Below the pieces are notes generated by a model that worked only from the letters and a program-made list of their open reading frames with translations, made no database searches and was not told where the DNA came from. 64,000 bases of DNA from an uncultured Gammaproteobacteria bacterium (lineage in GTDB: Bacteria > Patescibacteriota > Microgenomatia > Levybacterales > UBA12049), in the NCBI GenBank assembly GCA_964457465.1, contig CAYWEJ010000002.1, forward strand, positions 15-64,014, in the 5' to 3' direction. Position 1 is the first letter of the stretch. Each line of letters opens with the position of its first letter. Shown here one piece after another: positions 47,284 to 57,462 of this stretch. The position numbers and the translations under genes are program-made.

Positions 47284-47329
47284 ATAAAAAAGGATTAAAT
47301 TTCCTACTTATAGGATTGAATAAGGAATA

Positions 47330-47358
47330 TTGACAATTATTTTTATATTCTTTATACT
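47330..47358 (+). promoter_or_regulatory. Consensus sigma70 promoter for greA (TTGACA-17-TATACT)
   Basis: TTGACA at 47330-47335, an exact 17-nt spacer, TATACT at 47353-47358. Confidence 0.55.
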
Positions 47359-47417
47359 TTGTCTGAAATAATATATCTCTCCCTAAAAAACCTGGAGAGA
47401 TTTTGTTTTATAAATAT

Positions 47418-47891
47418 ATGGATAGTAAAAAAATATACCTTACAAAAAGTGGACTTGAAGATCTAAAGAAAGAATATGAGGAGCTTGCAAAAGTAAAACG
47501 TCCAGAGGTCGTAACGAGAGTGTCTGATGCAAGAAATCAAGGGGATTTATCAGAGAACGCAGAGTATGTTGCTGCGAGAGAGGAGCTTTCTTTTATTGAT
47601 GGAAGAATCGACGAACTTGAAGAGCTGCTTAAGCAGGTCTCTCTTATTAACGAGGTTCATGGATCAAAAGCTGGTTCAGCTATTGAGCTTGGGTCAGAGG
47701 TAACACTAAAAATTGATGGCAAAAAAGAAGTGTATAGAGTGGTTGGTGAGTGGGAGGCTGATCCTGCAGAAAGAAAAATCTCACATGAGTCTCCTCTTGG
47801 AAAAGCGCTTTTAGGAAAGAAAATCGGCGAGAGCGTTGAAGTTTCTGCTCCCGCAGGAAAAATTCTTTACACGATTGTCTCCATTAGCTAA
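47418..47891 (+). CDS. greA: Transcription elongation factor GreA
   Basis: Coiled-coil N-terminus with an acidic tip (DLSENAEY) and an FKBP-like C-terminus. The ATG at 47418 fits the N-terminus of GreA homologs; the TTG at 47403 is the alternative. Confidence 0.9.
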   Translation: MDSKKIYLTKSGLEDLKKEYEELAKVKRPEVVTRVSDARNQGDLSENAEYVAAREELSFIDGRIDELEELLKQVSLINEVHGSKAGSAIELGSEVTLKIDGKKEVYRVVGEWEADPAERKISHESPLGKALLGKKIGESVEVSAPAGKILYTIVSIS

Positions 47892-47912
47892 TACCCGTAT
47901 ACTCAAGGATAG

Positions 47913-48869
47913 ATGAATATTCAAGAGGCAGTTCCACTTTCTGAAATAACCTACTATAGAATTGGCGGTAAAGCTCGTTTTGTTATTAAGGTGCATAATA
48001 TAGAAGAAGTCAGACAGGCGGTCATATTTCTTCAAAAACAAAAAGATGTAAGGATTTATATTTTAGGCCTCGGAACAAATACGTTATTCCCGGACAACTG
48101 TTCAAATTTAGGGATTATATGGTTACAAGAAGATGGGTCTATGGCTTGCGAAGGTAATAAAATTACTGCATTCGCTGGGGAAAATCTTGATGCACTTATC
48201 AATTTCTCATTAGGAAAAAATTTAGTTGGTCTTGAATGGGCTGGTGGATTGCCAAGCACTATTGGAGGTGCAGTTAGAGGGAATGCAGGTGCATTCGGGT
48301 CTGAGATTAAAAAATGTGTCGCTGAGGTCTCAGCTCTTGATGTGAACGACCCATCTCTTGTGGTGAGAGCGTATACATATGATGAATGTAATTTCAGCTA
48401 TAGAAATAGTTTTTTTAAAGAACATCAAAATTTTATTATAGTTTCTGTAGTTTTGACGTTGACACAAGCAGATCAAGACAGCGTTTTGCAAGCAAAAGAG
48501 ACATATTTAAAAAATATTGCCTATCGCAACCAAAATCATCCGATGGAGTATCCATCATGCGGATCAGTCTTTAAGAATATCGTTGATAAAAGTGAAGTAG
48601 AAAAAATTGTCTCTATATGGCCTGATATTAAGGATTTATCTGAAAGAAAATGGCATAACAAAGTGTCAATGGGTTATGTGATTAACAGGTTGGGTTTTTC
48701 TGAAAAAAAAATTGGCGGTGCAATGGTGTCGCCAAAACATACAAATTATATAGTGAATACTGGCGGTGCTACTGCTCATGATGTGCAGGTAATTATCAAA
48801 GAAATAGAGAATAAGTTTGAGGACGTGTTTGGATTTTTACCCGAGCCTGAAGTAATGCTTGTTTCGTAG
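47913..48869 (+). CDS. murB: UDP-N-acetylenolpyruvoylglucosamine reductase
   Basis: 318 aa. FAD-binding PCMH domain (YRIGGKA...) and a MurB C-terminal domain. Confidence 0.88.
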   Translation: MNIQEAVPLSEITYYRIGGKARFVIKVHNIEEVRQAVIFLQKQKDVRIYILGLGTNTLFPDNCSNLGIIWLQEDGSMACEGNKITAFAGENLDALINFSLGKNLVGLEWAGGLPSTIGGAVRGNAGAFGSEIKKCVAEVSALDVNDPSLVVRAYTYDECNFSYRNSFFKEHQNFIIVSVVLTLTQADQDSVLQAKETYLKNIAYRNQNHPMEYPSCGSVFKNIVDKSEVEKIVSIWPDIKDLSERKWHNKVSMGYVINRLGFSEKKIGGAMVSPKHTNYIVNTGGATAHDVQVIIKEIENKFEDVFGFLPEPEVMLVS

Positions 48870-48914
48870 ATTTAGCCTCTTATCCAATTTGGCTTCACGT
48901 AGTATAATACGCTT

Positions 48915-50438
48915 ATGTTTTGGGCAGATAAAATTGCAAAACAAATTATTGATTCAGGTGAGCACAAGCCTTATTGGGTTGACGATATGAAAACACCATC
49001 CGGCAGAGTCCACGTAGGCGCTTTGTTGGGAGTTGTCATCCATGATTTAGTATTCAGAGCGCTCAAGGATGCTGGAGTAGAAGCAAAATACACTTATGTT
49101 TTTGAAAACCATGACCCAATGGATGATATCCCATCATATTTACCTCGAGAAAAGTTCGAAAAATATCTAGGCATGCCACTTTTCGCGATTCCGTCTCCAG
49201 CTGAGGGATATAAAGACTTTGCTGAATATTACGCTTTTGAGTTCAAAGAGGCTTTTAATAAGATCGGAAGCCATCCTGAAATACTCTGGACTAAAGATTT
49301 ATATACAAGTGGGAAAATGAATGAGGGTATTAGGAAGGTTTTGGATAATGCTGAAGAAGTTCGCAGGATTTATCAAGAAATGTATAAAAAAGACATAGCC
49401 GATGATTGGTATCCTTTCCAAGTATATTGTGAGTCATGTGGTAAGGTCTCAACGACTAGAGTGTATGATTGGGATGGAGAGCATGTTCACTATCGTTGTC
49501 CAATTGATGCAACTGAATGGACAAAAGGTTGTGGGCATGAAGGGAAAACATCCCCCTTTAGCGATGAGGAGGGTATGAAAGGGAAGATGCCTTGGAAAGT
49601 AGAATGGGCAGCCAAATGGCAGGCTATTGGCGTGACTGTTGAAGGCGCTGGAAAAGACCATATGAGTCGAGGTGGCTCACATGACCTTGCTAGTCAAATA
49701 GCAAAACGTGTTTTGGGTTATCCAGTTCCCTATCCAGTTGGCTATGAATTCATGCTTATTGGAGGTAGGAAGATGTCATCCTCAAAAGGGAGAGGTTTTG
49801 CAGCAGCTGATATTGTGACGATCCTTCCTCCTGAATTGGTGCGCTTTCTTATCGTGAAAATGAATATTCAACAGCAAACAAATTTTGATCCCGCAGAAGG
49901 CGATACTATCCCAAAATTGTTTGATGAATATCAAGAACACGCAAGGGAATATTTTTCAGGAGAAAAAAATGATCAAGCCCGTATTTTTGAGTTATCGCAA
50001 GTTAGTGAGGCAAAAAAACCTCCAACCGTCCGCTTCTCAACGCTTGCTCAGTGGGTGCAAATGCCCAATATGGAATCATCAATCAAGGACCAGGGTTTAG
50101 AAGAATGGGCAGAATATGCACGAGTATGGATAGATCGTTTTGCACCAGATTCGGAGAAGTTTTTAGTCCAGCAAGAGCTTCCCTTGATTGCAAAAGACTT
50201 GTCTAGTGAACAAAAGAATTTCCTACATGGCGTTGTTGATCTTCTGCAAAATGCCTCTGATGCTGAGAGCTTTCAGAAAGATATTTATCTAAAAGCAAAA
50301 GAGATGGGACTTCCTTCAAAAGATGCGTTTGGTGCAATATATATTGCTCTTTTAGGAAAAACTTCGGGACCAAAAGCAGGTTGGCTCATTTTGTCTCTCG
50401 ATAAAGAATTTGTTCAAAATCGATTTACGTCTTTGTAA
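48915..50438 (+). CDS. lysK: Lysine--tRNA ligase, class I (archaeal type)
   Basis: 507 aa. HVGxL (HIGH-type) motif PSGRVHVGALLG and KMSSSKG (KMSKS). Confidence 0.85.
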   Translation: MFWADKIAKQIIDSGEHKPYWVDDMKTPSGRVHVGALLGVVIHDLVFRALKDAGVEAKYTYVFENHDPMDDIPSYLPREKFEKYLGMPLFAIPSPAEGYKDFAEYYAFEFKEAFNKIGSHPEILWTKDLYTSGKMNEGIRKVLDNAEEVRRIYQEMYKKDIADDWYPFQVYCESCGKVSTTRVYDWDGEHVHYRCPIDATEWTKGCGHEGKTSPFSDEEGMKGKMPWKVEWAAKWQAIGVTVEGAGKDHMSRGGSHDLASQIAKRVLGYPVPYPVGYEFMLIGGRKMSSSKGRGFAAADIVTILPPELVRFLIVKMNIQQQTNFDPAEGDTIPKLFDEYQEHAREYFSGEKNDQARIFELSQVSEAKKPPTVRFSTLAQWVQMPNMESSIKDQGLEEWAEYARVWIDRFAPDSEKFLVQQELPLIAKDLSSEQKNFLHGVVDLLQNASDAESFQKDIYLKAKEMGLPSKDAFGAIYIALLGKTSGPKAGWLILSLDKEFVQNRFTSL

Positions 50439-50488
50439 GATTGTCAGTTTGACTACTTCATGTTATAGTATCAATCTAATATTCATAC

Positions 50489-51343
50489 ATGAAGCGAGCG
50501 CTTTTTATTCTCATTCCTTCCTTCGCTTTGGCTCTTGTCATGTTCCTCATTGTCCAGTCAGTTATTCTTGGTGGAAATGATAAAGGAGCATTGCAGGTAA
50601 CCGCTTCTCCTCAAAGTAAAGTTTATTTAAACGATAAGTATTTAGGACAAACACCGTTATGTAAATGTAATGTAAATGACATGATTAGGACAGGAGAATA
50701 CACAATAAGACTAGTGCCTTCAGGAGCTAGCGGCAATGAATTTCAAGAAAAAATAAAAATTTCAAAATCTATATTAACAGTAGTAGACAGAAAATTTGGA
50801 GACAAAACTACATCTGAAGGGAGTATCATAACGCTTGCATCAATAGCGACTGGTAAAAGAGAGCTGCTTATTACTTCTACTCCAGATAAGGCTGAGGTAT
50901 TTTTAGACAGCTCTTCATCAGGATTTACGCCCCTTCTTTTAAGGAATATAACAGAATCAGATCATGAATTGGTTTTAAAAAAGAGCGGATACGCTGATAA
51001 AAAAATAAGAATTAGAACTCCTAATAGCTATAGATTGATTGCACAGTTGTATTTAGGAGTTGGCTCAGGAGAATCAATTGAAGATACTCTTTCTCCCACT
51101 CCGACAAAAATTTCTTCTCCTTCAGCCACCCCAACAATTGTCTCACAGAAGGTGTTGATCCTGCAGACTCCTACAGGCTATCTGAGGGTTCGCGAAGATA
51201 GCTCAGTCTCCTCAGGTGAGATTGGTCGTGTTCTTCCTGGGAAAACATATCAGTTCACTGACGAGGTTGATGGGTGGTATAAAATAGTCCTTGAGAATGG
51301 AACAGAGGGATGGGTTAGCAGTGATTACGCTAAGAAGCAATAA
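50489..51343 (+). CDS. PEGA domain protein with a C-terminal bacterial SH3-like domain, membrane-anchored
   Basis: N-terminal TM, two PEGA-like beta-sandwich repeats, and a C-terminal GWYKI...GWVSSDY SH3b-like motif. Confidence 0.6.
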   Translation: MKRALFILIPSFALALVMFLIVQSVILGGNDKGALQVTASPQSKVYLNDKYLGQTPLCKCNVNDMIRTGEYTIRLVPSGASGNEFQEKIKISKSILTVVDRKFGDKTTSEGSIITLASIATGKRELLITSTPDKAEVFLDSSSSGFTPLLLRNITESDHELVLKKSGYADKKIRIRTPNSYRLIAQLYLGVGSGESIEDTLSPTPTKISSPSATPTIVSQKVLILQTPTGYLRVREDSSVSSGEIGRVLPGKTYQFTDEVDGWYKIVLENGTEGWVSSDYAKKQ

Positions 51344-51345
51344 TG

Positions 51346-52305
51346 CTATGCTTGGATAACGTAGATAATAACAATAACAAGAAATGCCCACAGCATTACG
51401 GTAGCAAGAAGTGGCTTATCAGACAGAAGTACTTTTTCAGGGCTTTCACCCTCATGTTTTTCATAAATATCCTGAAGATATCTCATTAATCCATATACTA
51501 CCGGGACAATTGTTATCATAAGCCATTTTCTTTGAAGGAATGCAGGTAGATAATCAGGAAAGAAAAGATCGTTTGTTATTGAGAATCTCCTAGAGTTTTC
51601 AAGGAATGTAAAGTACGAGTATGAAATGAATGTCGATGTAGCAAAAACAGATGCATAAACATCTAGAAGTCTCTCTGAATAATGGGACAGAGTTTTTCTC
51701 ATTGCAGCAATTTGAGAGCTAGGACTTTGAGATACTAGTGTAAGTTCTGATCTTCTTTTGCCTATTGCTAGAAAAAGAGATAGGGAAATTGCTGTAAGCA
51801 AAAGCCAAACAGAAATGTGGTAGGTTGTAAGAAATTCTCCTGCATAGACCCTAAGAATATACCCTCCTGCTAATGCAAGAATATCTATCACTGCAATATT
51901 TTTGAATACGACAGAATACGAGATCTGCAAAAGAAAGTATACGAGGGCAACAATAAAGAATGCTTGCGAGATGAAGTAGCTGCTAACGATAGCAGTTGAC
52001 GCAAGGATAAAAGCGATTGCGATAGCAGCTTCAAGAGAAATATCTTTATTCGCAAGTGGCCGAAATCTTTTGAAAGGATGAAGTCTATCTTTTTTGACAT
52101 CAAAAATATCGTTAATGACGTAGATTGAGGAAGATAGGCAGCAAAAAATGATAAAACCGAAGATAACGTTTGTTAATACTGAAGGGATAAATAGTTGACC
52201 TCCGAAAGTTATCGCAGCAAAGACAGCAAAATTTTTAATCCATTGTCGTGGTCTCAGAAGCCTAAGATAATTACGAGCTGTCTTTTTCATGACTATATCG
52301 TACAC
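51346..52305 (-). CDS. UbiA-family prenyltransferase, decaprenyl-phosphate phosphoribosyltransferase (DPPR synthase)-like
   Basis: 319 aa. N-terminal LRPRQWIKN and NDIFDVKKD (NDxxDxxxD) motifs. Confidence 0.75.
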   Translation of the reverse strand: MYDIVMKKTARNYLRLLRPRQWIKNFAVFAAITFGGQLFIPSVLTNVIFGFIIFCCLSSSIYVINDIFDVKKDRLHPFKRFRPLANKDISLEAAIAIAFILASTAIVSSYFISQAFFIVALVYFLLQISYSVVFKNIAVIDILALAGGYILRVYAGEFLTTYHISVWLLLTAISLSLFLAIGKRRSELTLVSQSPSSQIAAMRKTLSHYSERLLDVYASVFATSTFISYSYFTFLENSRRFSITNDLFFPDYLPAFLQRKWLMITIVPVVYGLMRYLQDIYEKHEGESPEKVLLSDKPLLATVMLWAFLVIVIIYVIQA

Positions 52306-53374
52306 TAAAGTGTAAGAAAAGTAATGCTCCTCCTACTATTACTACTAGCACAAGGAGAGCAAAAGGCTTACTTTCACTTTTTAAAGTGAGAGCTATTGCG
52401 CCAACTATAGCAGAGAAGCACCAATAAAACAATGCGATCTGTCTCTGACTATACCCGAATTTAAGAAGAATATGGTGAAGATGCTTATCGTCATGTAAAA
52501 ATGGGGACTTTCCCGAAAGTATTCTTCTTATGATGGTAAAAAGTGCATCAATTATAGGAATTCCCATAACAAGAATTGCTGTAGCAAATTTTGCTCCCGA
52601 TAGAATCGAAACTACTGCTAATAATAGATACATACTAGTCGCTCCATATCCAGGAAATATTTTTGCTGGAGAAAAATTAAAAACCAAAAATCCTAAAGCT
52701 GCTCCTGCAATAATAAATGATAGATTCGAGTCAATAAGAACACTACTGTCAACGGTTGGGAAACGAAGACTAAGAATGCCAATTACGAGCGCTGAGATAG
52801 CTACTATTCCTGGCATCTGACCATCGATACCCTTGCTCCAGTTGAGCATATTCATAACCCAAACAATCCAGATTCCGGCAATAATATCCCCAATCGTAAT
52901 TGGGAGAAAAGGGACTTGCATTGAAAGATGAAGAATTCCTCCAAGTGGGTGGGTAATAAAAGGAATTGATACACCGCTAAAAATGACCACACTAGCACAT
53001 AGTATATTAATGCCAAACCTTAGATATGGGGATACGTCTTTTGATCGAGCGTTGTAATAGTCATCAAGAACCCCAATGACAAGAGCTAAGAAACTTGCTA
53101 GAAAAATACCTACGGTTGTTTTGGTAATGGGTATAAAAAAGCAACTAACAAGAAGTATGCCTAAGAATAATGGAATGCCACCACCTCTTGGAATTACCTT
53201 AGTGTGGATGATCCCAGGATGTTTGTGTAATTTTGGATCATCAACAAGGCCTAATTTTTTGATACGTGGAATTAAAAAATAAGTAAGAATAGCAGTGATA
53301 AAGAAAGCAAATAATAGCGGCAGTAAAATAGTAAAAATCATTTTATAAAATAAGTTGAATTGTTTTGAATACAA
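52271..53374 (-). CDS. Glycosyltransferase family 4 polyprenyl-phosphate HexNAc-1-phosphate transferase (WecA/MraY superfamily)
   Basis: 367 aa, about 10 TM helices. DDxxN, NMLNWSKGIDGQ (NxxNxxDGxDG) and DDKHLHHIL motifs. The WecA-type HHH box is favoured over MraY. Confidence 0.75.
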   Translation of the reverse strand: MYSKQFNLFYKMIFTILLPLLFAFFITAILTYFLIPRIKKLGLVDDPKLHKHPGIIHTKVIPRGGGIPLFLGILLVSCFFIPITKTTVGIFLASFLALVIGVLDDYYNARSKDVSPYLRFGINILCASVVIFSGVSIPFITHPLGGILHLSMQVPFLPITIGDIIAGIWIVWVMNMLNWSKGIDGQMPGIVAISALVIGILSLRFPTVDSSVLIDSNLSFIIAGAALGFLVFNFSPAKIFPGYGATSMYLLLAVVSILSGAKFATAILVMGIPIIDALFTIIRRILSGKSPFLHDDKHLHHILLKFGYSQRQIALFYWCFSAIVGAIALTLKSESKPFALLVLVVIVGGALLFLHFSVRYSHEKDSS

Positions 53375-53696
53375 AAATTGTTGTTAAAACTGCCATAAGA
53401 AGTGAAGTGAGATTAATCATTCTGCCTAAAATTGCTGATTTTTCATAAATCACATGGGTGATGATGAGGTTGATGACGACATATAGAAAACTTAATCCTA
53501 CGGGGATAAGAATGCCAATTTTCGTCACTAGTCTTTCAGTTCCCCATGGTAGTTGGTTAAAAATTGGTACAACGGGAGGCAGAAGGGTGTAGGTAAAAAT
53601 GATAAACAAAACACTTAAAAAAAGAAAAACACCCGACAATATTATTGACCACCAAATAATTTTATCTGTGGACAGTTGATCAATGTATGATTTCAT
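53343..53696 (-). CDS. Small hypothetical membrane protein
   Basis: 117 aa, three hydrophobic helices. Lies inside the glycosylation cluster. Confidence 0.45.
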   Translation of the reverse strand: MKSYIDQLSTDKIIWWSIILSGVFLFLSVLFIIFTYTLLPPVVPIFNQLPWGTERLVTKIGILIPVGLSFLYVVINLIITHVIYEKSAILGRMINLTSLLMAVLTTIFVFKTIQLIL

Positions 53697-55161
53697 AAAT
53701 ATTTGCGTTTCTTATCATTAAAACGTGCTTGTAATTATACATGGTATGGATAGATGATGGAATATCACCTATGGTTACAATAAATTTTGGTGGTTTTTTA
53801 TTAATCTGTTTTTCAAGATCTTGTTCATATGTCTTATTTCCTTGGATGTGATAAGCAACTGTAAATTTAGTTGGAGGAAGTGTTTTAGTTAGGTAGTAGA
53901 TCTGCGCGCTATTTCCCCACACAAGGAGATCATTGCGAGAAATATTTTTTGACTGAAGGTAGGTAACAATACTTTGGTCTCTAGTAGTATTTTTGTCAAA
54001 GAATGACTGATATGCGGTAGTAGATTTTTTACCAATAACAAACTCAATAAAATTTTGGTAATACCCGATTGTCTTTTTGATATTCCAGTGACGAAAGTAC
54101 ATAAGAGTTGTTGTTGTGATGATAAGTGTTAGTCCAAGCAATAAGTATCTAGTTGTGTTTTTCGTATAAAAAATTGCTCCGGCTAGCAGTGAGATACTTG
54201 GTAGTAGTACGAGGAGATAATGTGTGTATGGTCTTTGTGAAAAAAAAGAATTGAAAATTGAAAATGCTACCCATACTAAAATAAAAAGTGTTGATCTTTT
54301 CATCCTTTTTCTTTTAATGAACAGGATAGATAAAAAAGAGAGGAGGATAATAGATTTGCTAACTAATAATCCTTGCGGAATCAGAAACACATTATTGTAT
54401 CCTACATATCCAACAGTACTAAGAAAAATGGCACTTATATAATCATTAAGTGCGCCTTTGAAAGCAAATATAAAAACACTGACAACAAAGGGAGTGAAGA
54501 ACCCCACGCAATAAACAAGAAGTGGTTTGCATATATGAAGCAAATAAGTTTTTATTTTTCGGACAGTCGCCTCCTCTGGGGAATTGCTTATTGCAAGAAA
54601 TATGAAAAATGCTGCAAAATCAAAAACCCCAACAATTTTGTATAAGAAAGATATGCCAAGCAATAAACCCGGGACGAATAATTTTGTTGTTTTATATGTT
54701 TCGTTTTTGTATATAAAAAACCCTGCTAGGATACTAAGAGGTAGCATAAAATTTTCAGCGTTTGCGATATTCCCTTCAAATGTCGGAACTGCAAAAATTG
54801 CAGCAAAAAATGTTGTTGCTATAAGCGCTATTTTTTTATCAGCAAAGAGTTTATTTGCTAGAAAATATAGAGCTACTATTGAAAGAATGCCAGTTGTTAA
54901 CGATAGAAGTCTCACTTGGAATTGATCACCGTTAAAAAAAGCATACGTTAGATAAAGAAGTGGTGGTTTATTGTCCCAGATTTGTGAATAAAGCGTAAAG
55001 CCGTTATTTAGTGCGTATGCTATCGTTTCGTATATGCCTTCATCTCCGTACCAATATGGCTCAAAAAGTGAAGGGAGTCTTAGAAGAAAAAAAAGCGTGA
55101 GAATGCTCGTCAAAAGCCAAAAATGAAGAGACTTTTCTAATGTGTGCATGCGAGCTTTCAT
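53680..55161 (-). CDS. GT-C fold glycosyltransferase (ArnT/PMT_2, GT39/GT83-like)
   Basis: 493 aa, multi-TM. YGDEGIY and DNKPPL loop motifs. Confidence 0.7.
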   Translation of the reverse strand: MKARMHTLEKSLHFWLLTSILTLFFLLRLPSLFEPYWYGDEGIYETIAYALNNGFTLYSQIWDNKPPLLYLTYAFFNGDQFQVRLLSLTTGILSIVALYFLANKLFADKKIALIATTFFAAIFAVPTFEGNIANAENFMLPLSILAGFFIYKNETYKTTKLFVPGLLLGISFLYKIVGVFDFAAFFIFLAISNSPEEATVRKIKTYLLHICKPLLVYCVGFFTPFVVSVFIFAFKGALNDYISAIFLSTVGYVGYNNVFLIPQGLLVSKSIILLSFLSILFIKRKRMKRSTLFILVWVAFSIFNSFFSQRPYTHYLLVLLPSISLLAGAIFYTKNTTRYLLLGLTLIITTTTLMYFRHWNIKKTIGYYQNFIEFVIGKKSTTAYQSFFDKNTTRDQSIVTYLQSKNISRNDLLVWGNSAQIYYLTKTLPPTKFTVAYHIQGNKTYEQDLEKQINKKPPKFIVTIGDIPSSIHTMYNYKHVLMIRNANIYEIIH

Positions 55162-56651
55162 GCCTTATCTGTAACCTTGTACTCCATGCGTTTTCCTAGC
55201 ATAAGCTGGGTGTGTGAAATAAGCGCTGGTAGTGCTGATAGAAAAAATCCAACAATAGGCATGAGTAAGAATTCGAAAGGGAAAAATAACTTTCTTCTAA
55301 AAGGTAGCTTCACATTTTCTGGACGGTTTTTGTAGTCAATAAACATTAATGCAAAGATTGCTAAAATTGTTGAGGTGAGAATAAAACCTGCAAGGCTTGG
55401 CAATTTATACCCTAGATTTGTTCTTGTAAAAGCAGGATTGATAAAGGGCATAATATTTGCTGCAATTGTGATCACAAACCAGTTTACGGGCCACAAGAAG
55501 TGATCAAGAAGAACATGGTAAATCATAATTGTTTTTCTTACAAAAGGCACACCTGGGACTGTGAACCACCACTTAAGAAAAAGAGGATCATCTGACACAC
55601 CCCAAGACCATCTCCTCTCCTGATGATACTTATTTTTTAGACTATTAATGTATCCATGCGAGAAAGCAGCATCCATGGAGGTCTTAAGAAAAATTGGATC
55701 AGTCCAAGCTTGTCCTTTGAGCTTGAAAAATGCTTTGAAAAATACACGGTAGTCCTCAGGAATAACATCGGTATCCCACCAGCCGATATCGCGAAGCATT
55801 TTTATTGAGAGGGAATACGTTGATTGCGTAATGAGCCTGTCGTGTTGAACAAGCATAGAAATTCGCCATAAGCTTCCAAAAAATGAAAGAATTCTGATTG
55901 GTGCTGGTACTTGCCATATGTTGTTATAAAAGACGGTGGCTGATTGCCAGAATTTGTGGTATCTCATGGGATCAGTGATAAATTCATATGTAAGGTAAGC
56001 AAAAAATTGTTTATCAAACATAGAATCGACATCGACAGATGAAATCGTTGCAAAGTCTACATCTAAATTTCCATCGACAAAAAGTTTTTGATAAGCCTCT
56101 TTCCCTGCAAAGGACTCATTTGATGATTTACCCTTAATTTCTCCAGGAGCATCTATATGATATGTTGCAAAAAGACTTCCAAATTTACCTTTGAATTCAT
56201 TGATAATTGTTTGTGCCTTTTCAGGTGCCTCTTTTTCTCTCTCTTCCATTGCAAGAACTACATGAAGATGCTTAAGAGGAAGTGTTTGGTGAGTTAGATT
56301 TTCAATAGTTGTCCTCATCTTGCTTAGGTTTTCCTTATAGCTAAGGATAATGAGAACATGATGAACTTTGTCGTAATTTTCCTGACTCATCGCGATCTTG
56401 AGCCAATCCTTTTTTTCAGCCTCTTTAATTTTTCTAGCTCCTCTGTAAGCATTAATTACCAGAGAGTAAGATTTATAAAACCAATACGTGTCAAAAAAGA
56501 GAATAAAATAAGCTAGAAGTGTAGGGGCAAAAAGCGAACCCCAAATCGGAGAGAGAATTACTGTCCAGGAAGCCAGTCCTGGGAGTAGCTCAAGGAATCT
56601 TTTTGTCTTAATAGGGTATCTGGTAAAGACTTTGTTGAAAAAAGGAGTCAT
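55158..56651 (-). CDS. Family 2 membrane glycosyltransferase (processive, cellulose/hyaluronan synthase-like)
   Basis: 497 aa. TM helices flank a GT-A domain. D-rich motifs and QERRW (QxxRW). Confidence 0.7.
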   Translation of the reverse strand: MTPFFNKVFTRYPIKTKRFLELLPGLASWTVILSPIWGSLFAPTLLAYFILFFDTYWFYKSYSLVINAYRGARKIKEAEKKDWLKIAMSQENYDKVHHVLIILSYKENLSKMRTTIENLTHQTLPLKHLHVVLAMEEREKEAPEKAQTIINEFKGKFGSLFATYHIDAPGEIKGKSSNESFAGKEAYQKLFVDGNLDVDFATISSVDVDSMFDKQFFAYLTYEFITDPMRYHKFWQSATVFYNNIWQVPAPIRILSFFGSLWRISMLVQHDRLITQSTYSLSIKMLRDIGWWDTDVIPEDYRVFFKAFFKLKGQAWTDPIFLKTSMDAAFSHGYINSLKNKYHQERRWSWGVSDDPLFLKWWFTVPGVPFVRKTIMIYHVLLDHFLWPVNWFVITIAANIMPFINPAFTRTNLGYKLPSLAGFILTSTILAIFALMFIDYKNRPENVKLPFRRKLFFPFEFLLMPIVGFFLSALPALISHTQLMLGKRMEYKVTDKA

Positions 56652-56653
56652 AT

Positions 56654-57460
56654 TTAAGAAAGTTTGTTGAATATAGTATAGACGTTTTGCGTTGTTTGTT
56701 CCACAATCTTCTCGTAAGAAATGCCTTTAATTTCACTTAAAAATTTTCCTACCAATATAACATATTCAGGCATATTTCTTTCTCCACGATGCGGAACGGG
56801 TGAAAGGTAGGGGCTATCTGTCTCGGTAACGATTCTTTCAAGAGGAGCTAGCCTAGCAAGCTCCGCAAGCGATACTGTTTCTTTTGGGGCTAGTCCTGGA
56901 TAGGTTATATTACCATCAAATCCAATAAAGAACCCAAGATCTAAGGCGTCTTTTAGAACCTCTTTACTGCCAGCAAAGCAATGAAACATGCCGGGAACTG
57001 TTTGGAGTAAATGCTTTCTTTCCTTAAGCATTGCTATGACATCCTCCCCTGCCAGGCGATTGTGGATTTGAAGAGGGAGCTTGAGTATGTGCGCTAACTG
57101 AATTTGAGCATCAAAGACTTCCTTTTGTACTTTGTTATCAACGATACCATTTGATTTATAGCTAAAGTAATCAAGACCTATCTCTCCAATGCCGATTACC
57201 TTATCCTTCTTTGCAATTATTTCTAGATCTTTTATCCAGTTATCTCCAAGCTCTACTTTGTCGGCGTGATGCGGGTGGACTCCTACAATAGCGTATAATT
57301 CTGGGTATTGTTTGGCCAAATCAACTGCCCACAGACTGGAGTCGTGCTTGGTCCCTGTATTGATAATTCGCGTAACGCCTTTTGAGAGAGCGCTTTTAAT
57401 AACAGCGTCATAGTCATCCTTGAAGGAATGGAAGTTAAGATGGCAATGGACATCAATCAT
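56654..57460 (-). CDS. tatD: TatD family metal-dependent hydrolase
   Basis: 268 aa. MIDVHCHLN, then His/Glu/Asp metal ligands. Confidence 0.85.
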   Translation of the reverse strand: MIDVHCHLNFHSFKDDYDAVIKSALSKGVTRIINTGTKHDSSLWAVDLAKQYPELYAIVGVHPHHADKVELGDNWIKDLEIIAKKDKVIGIGEIGLDYFSYKSNGIVDNKVQKEVFDAQIQLAHILKLPLQIHNRLAGEDVIAMLKERKHLLQTVPGMFHCFAGSKEVLKDALDLGFFIGFDGNITYPGLAPKETVSLAELARLAPLERIVTETDSPYLSPVPHRGERNMPEYVILVGKFLSEIKGISYEKIVEQTTQNVYTIFNKLS

Positions 57461-57462
57461 AG

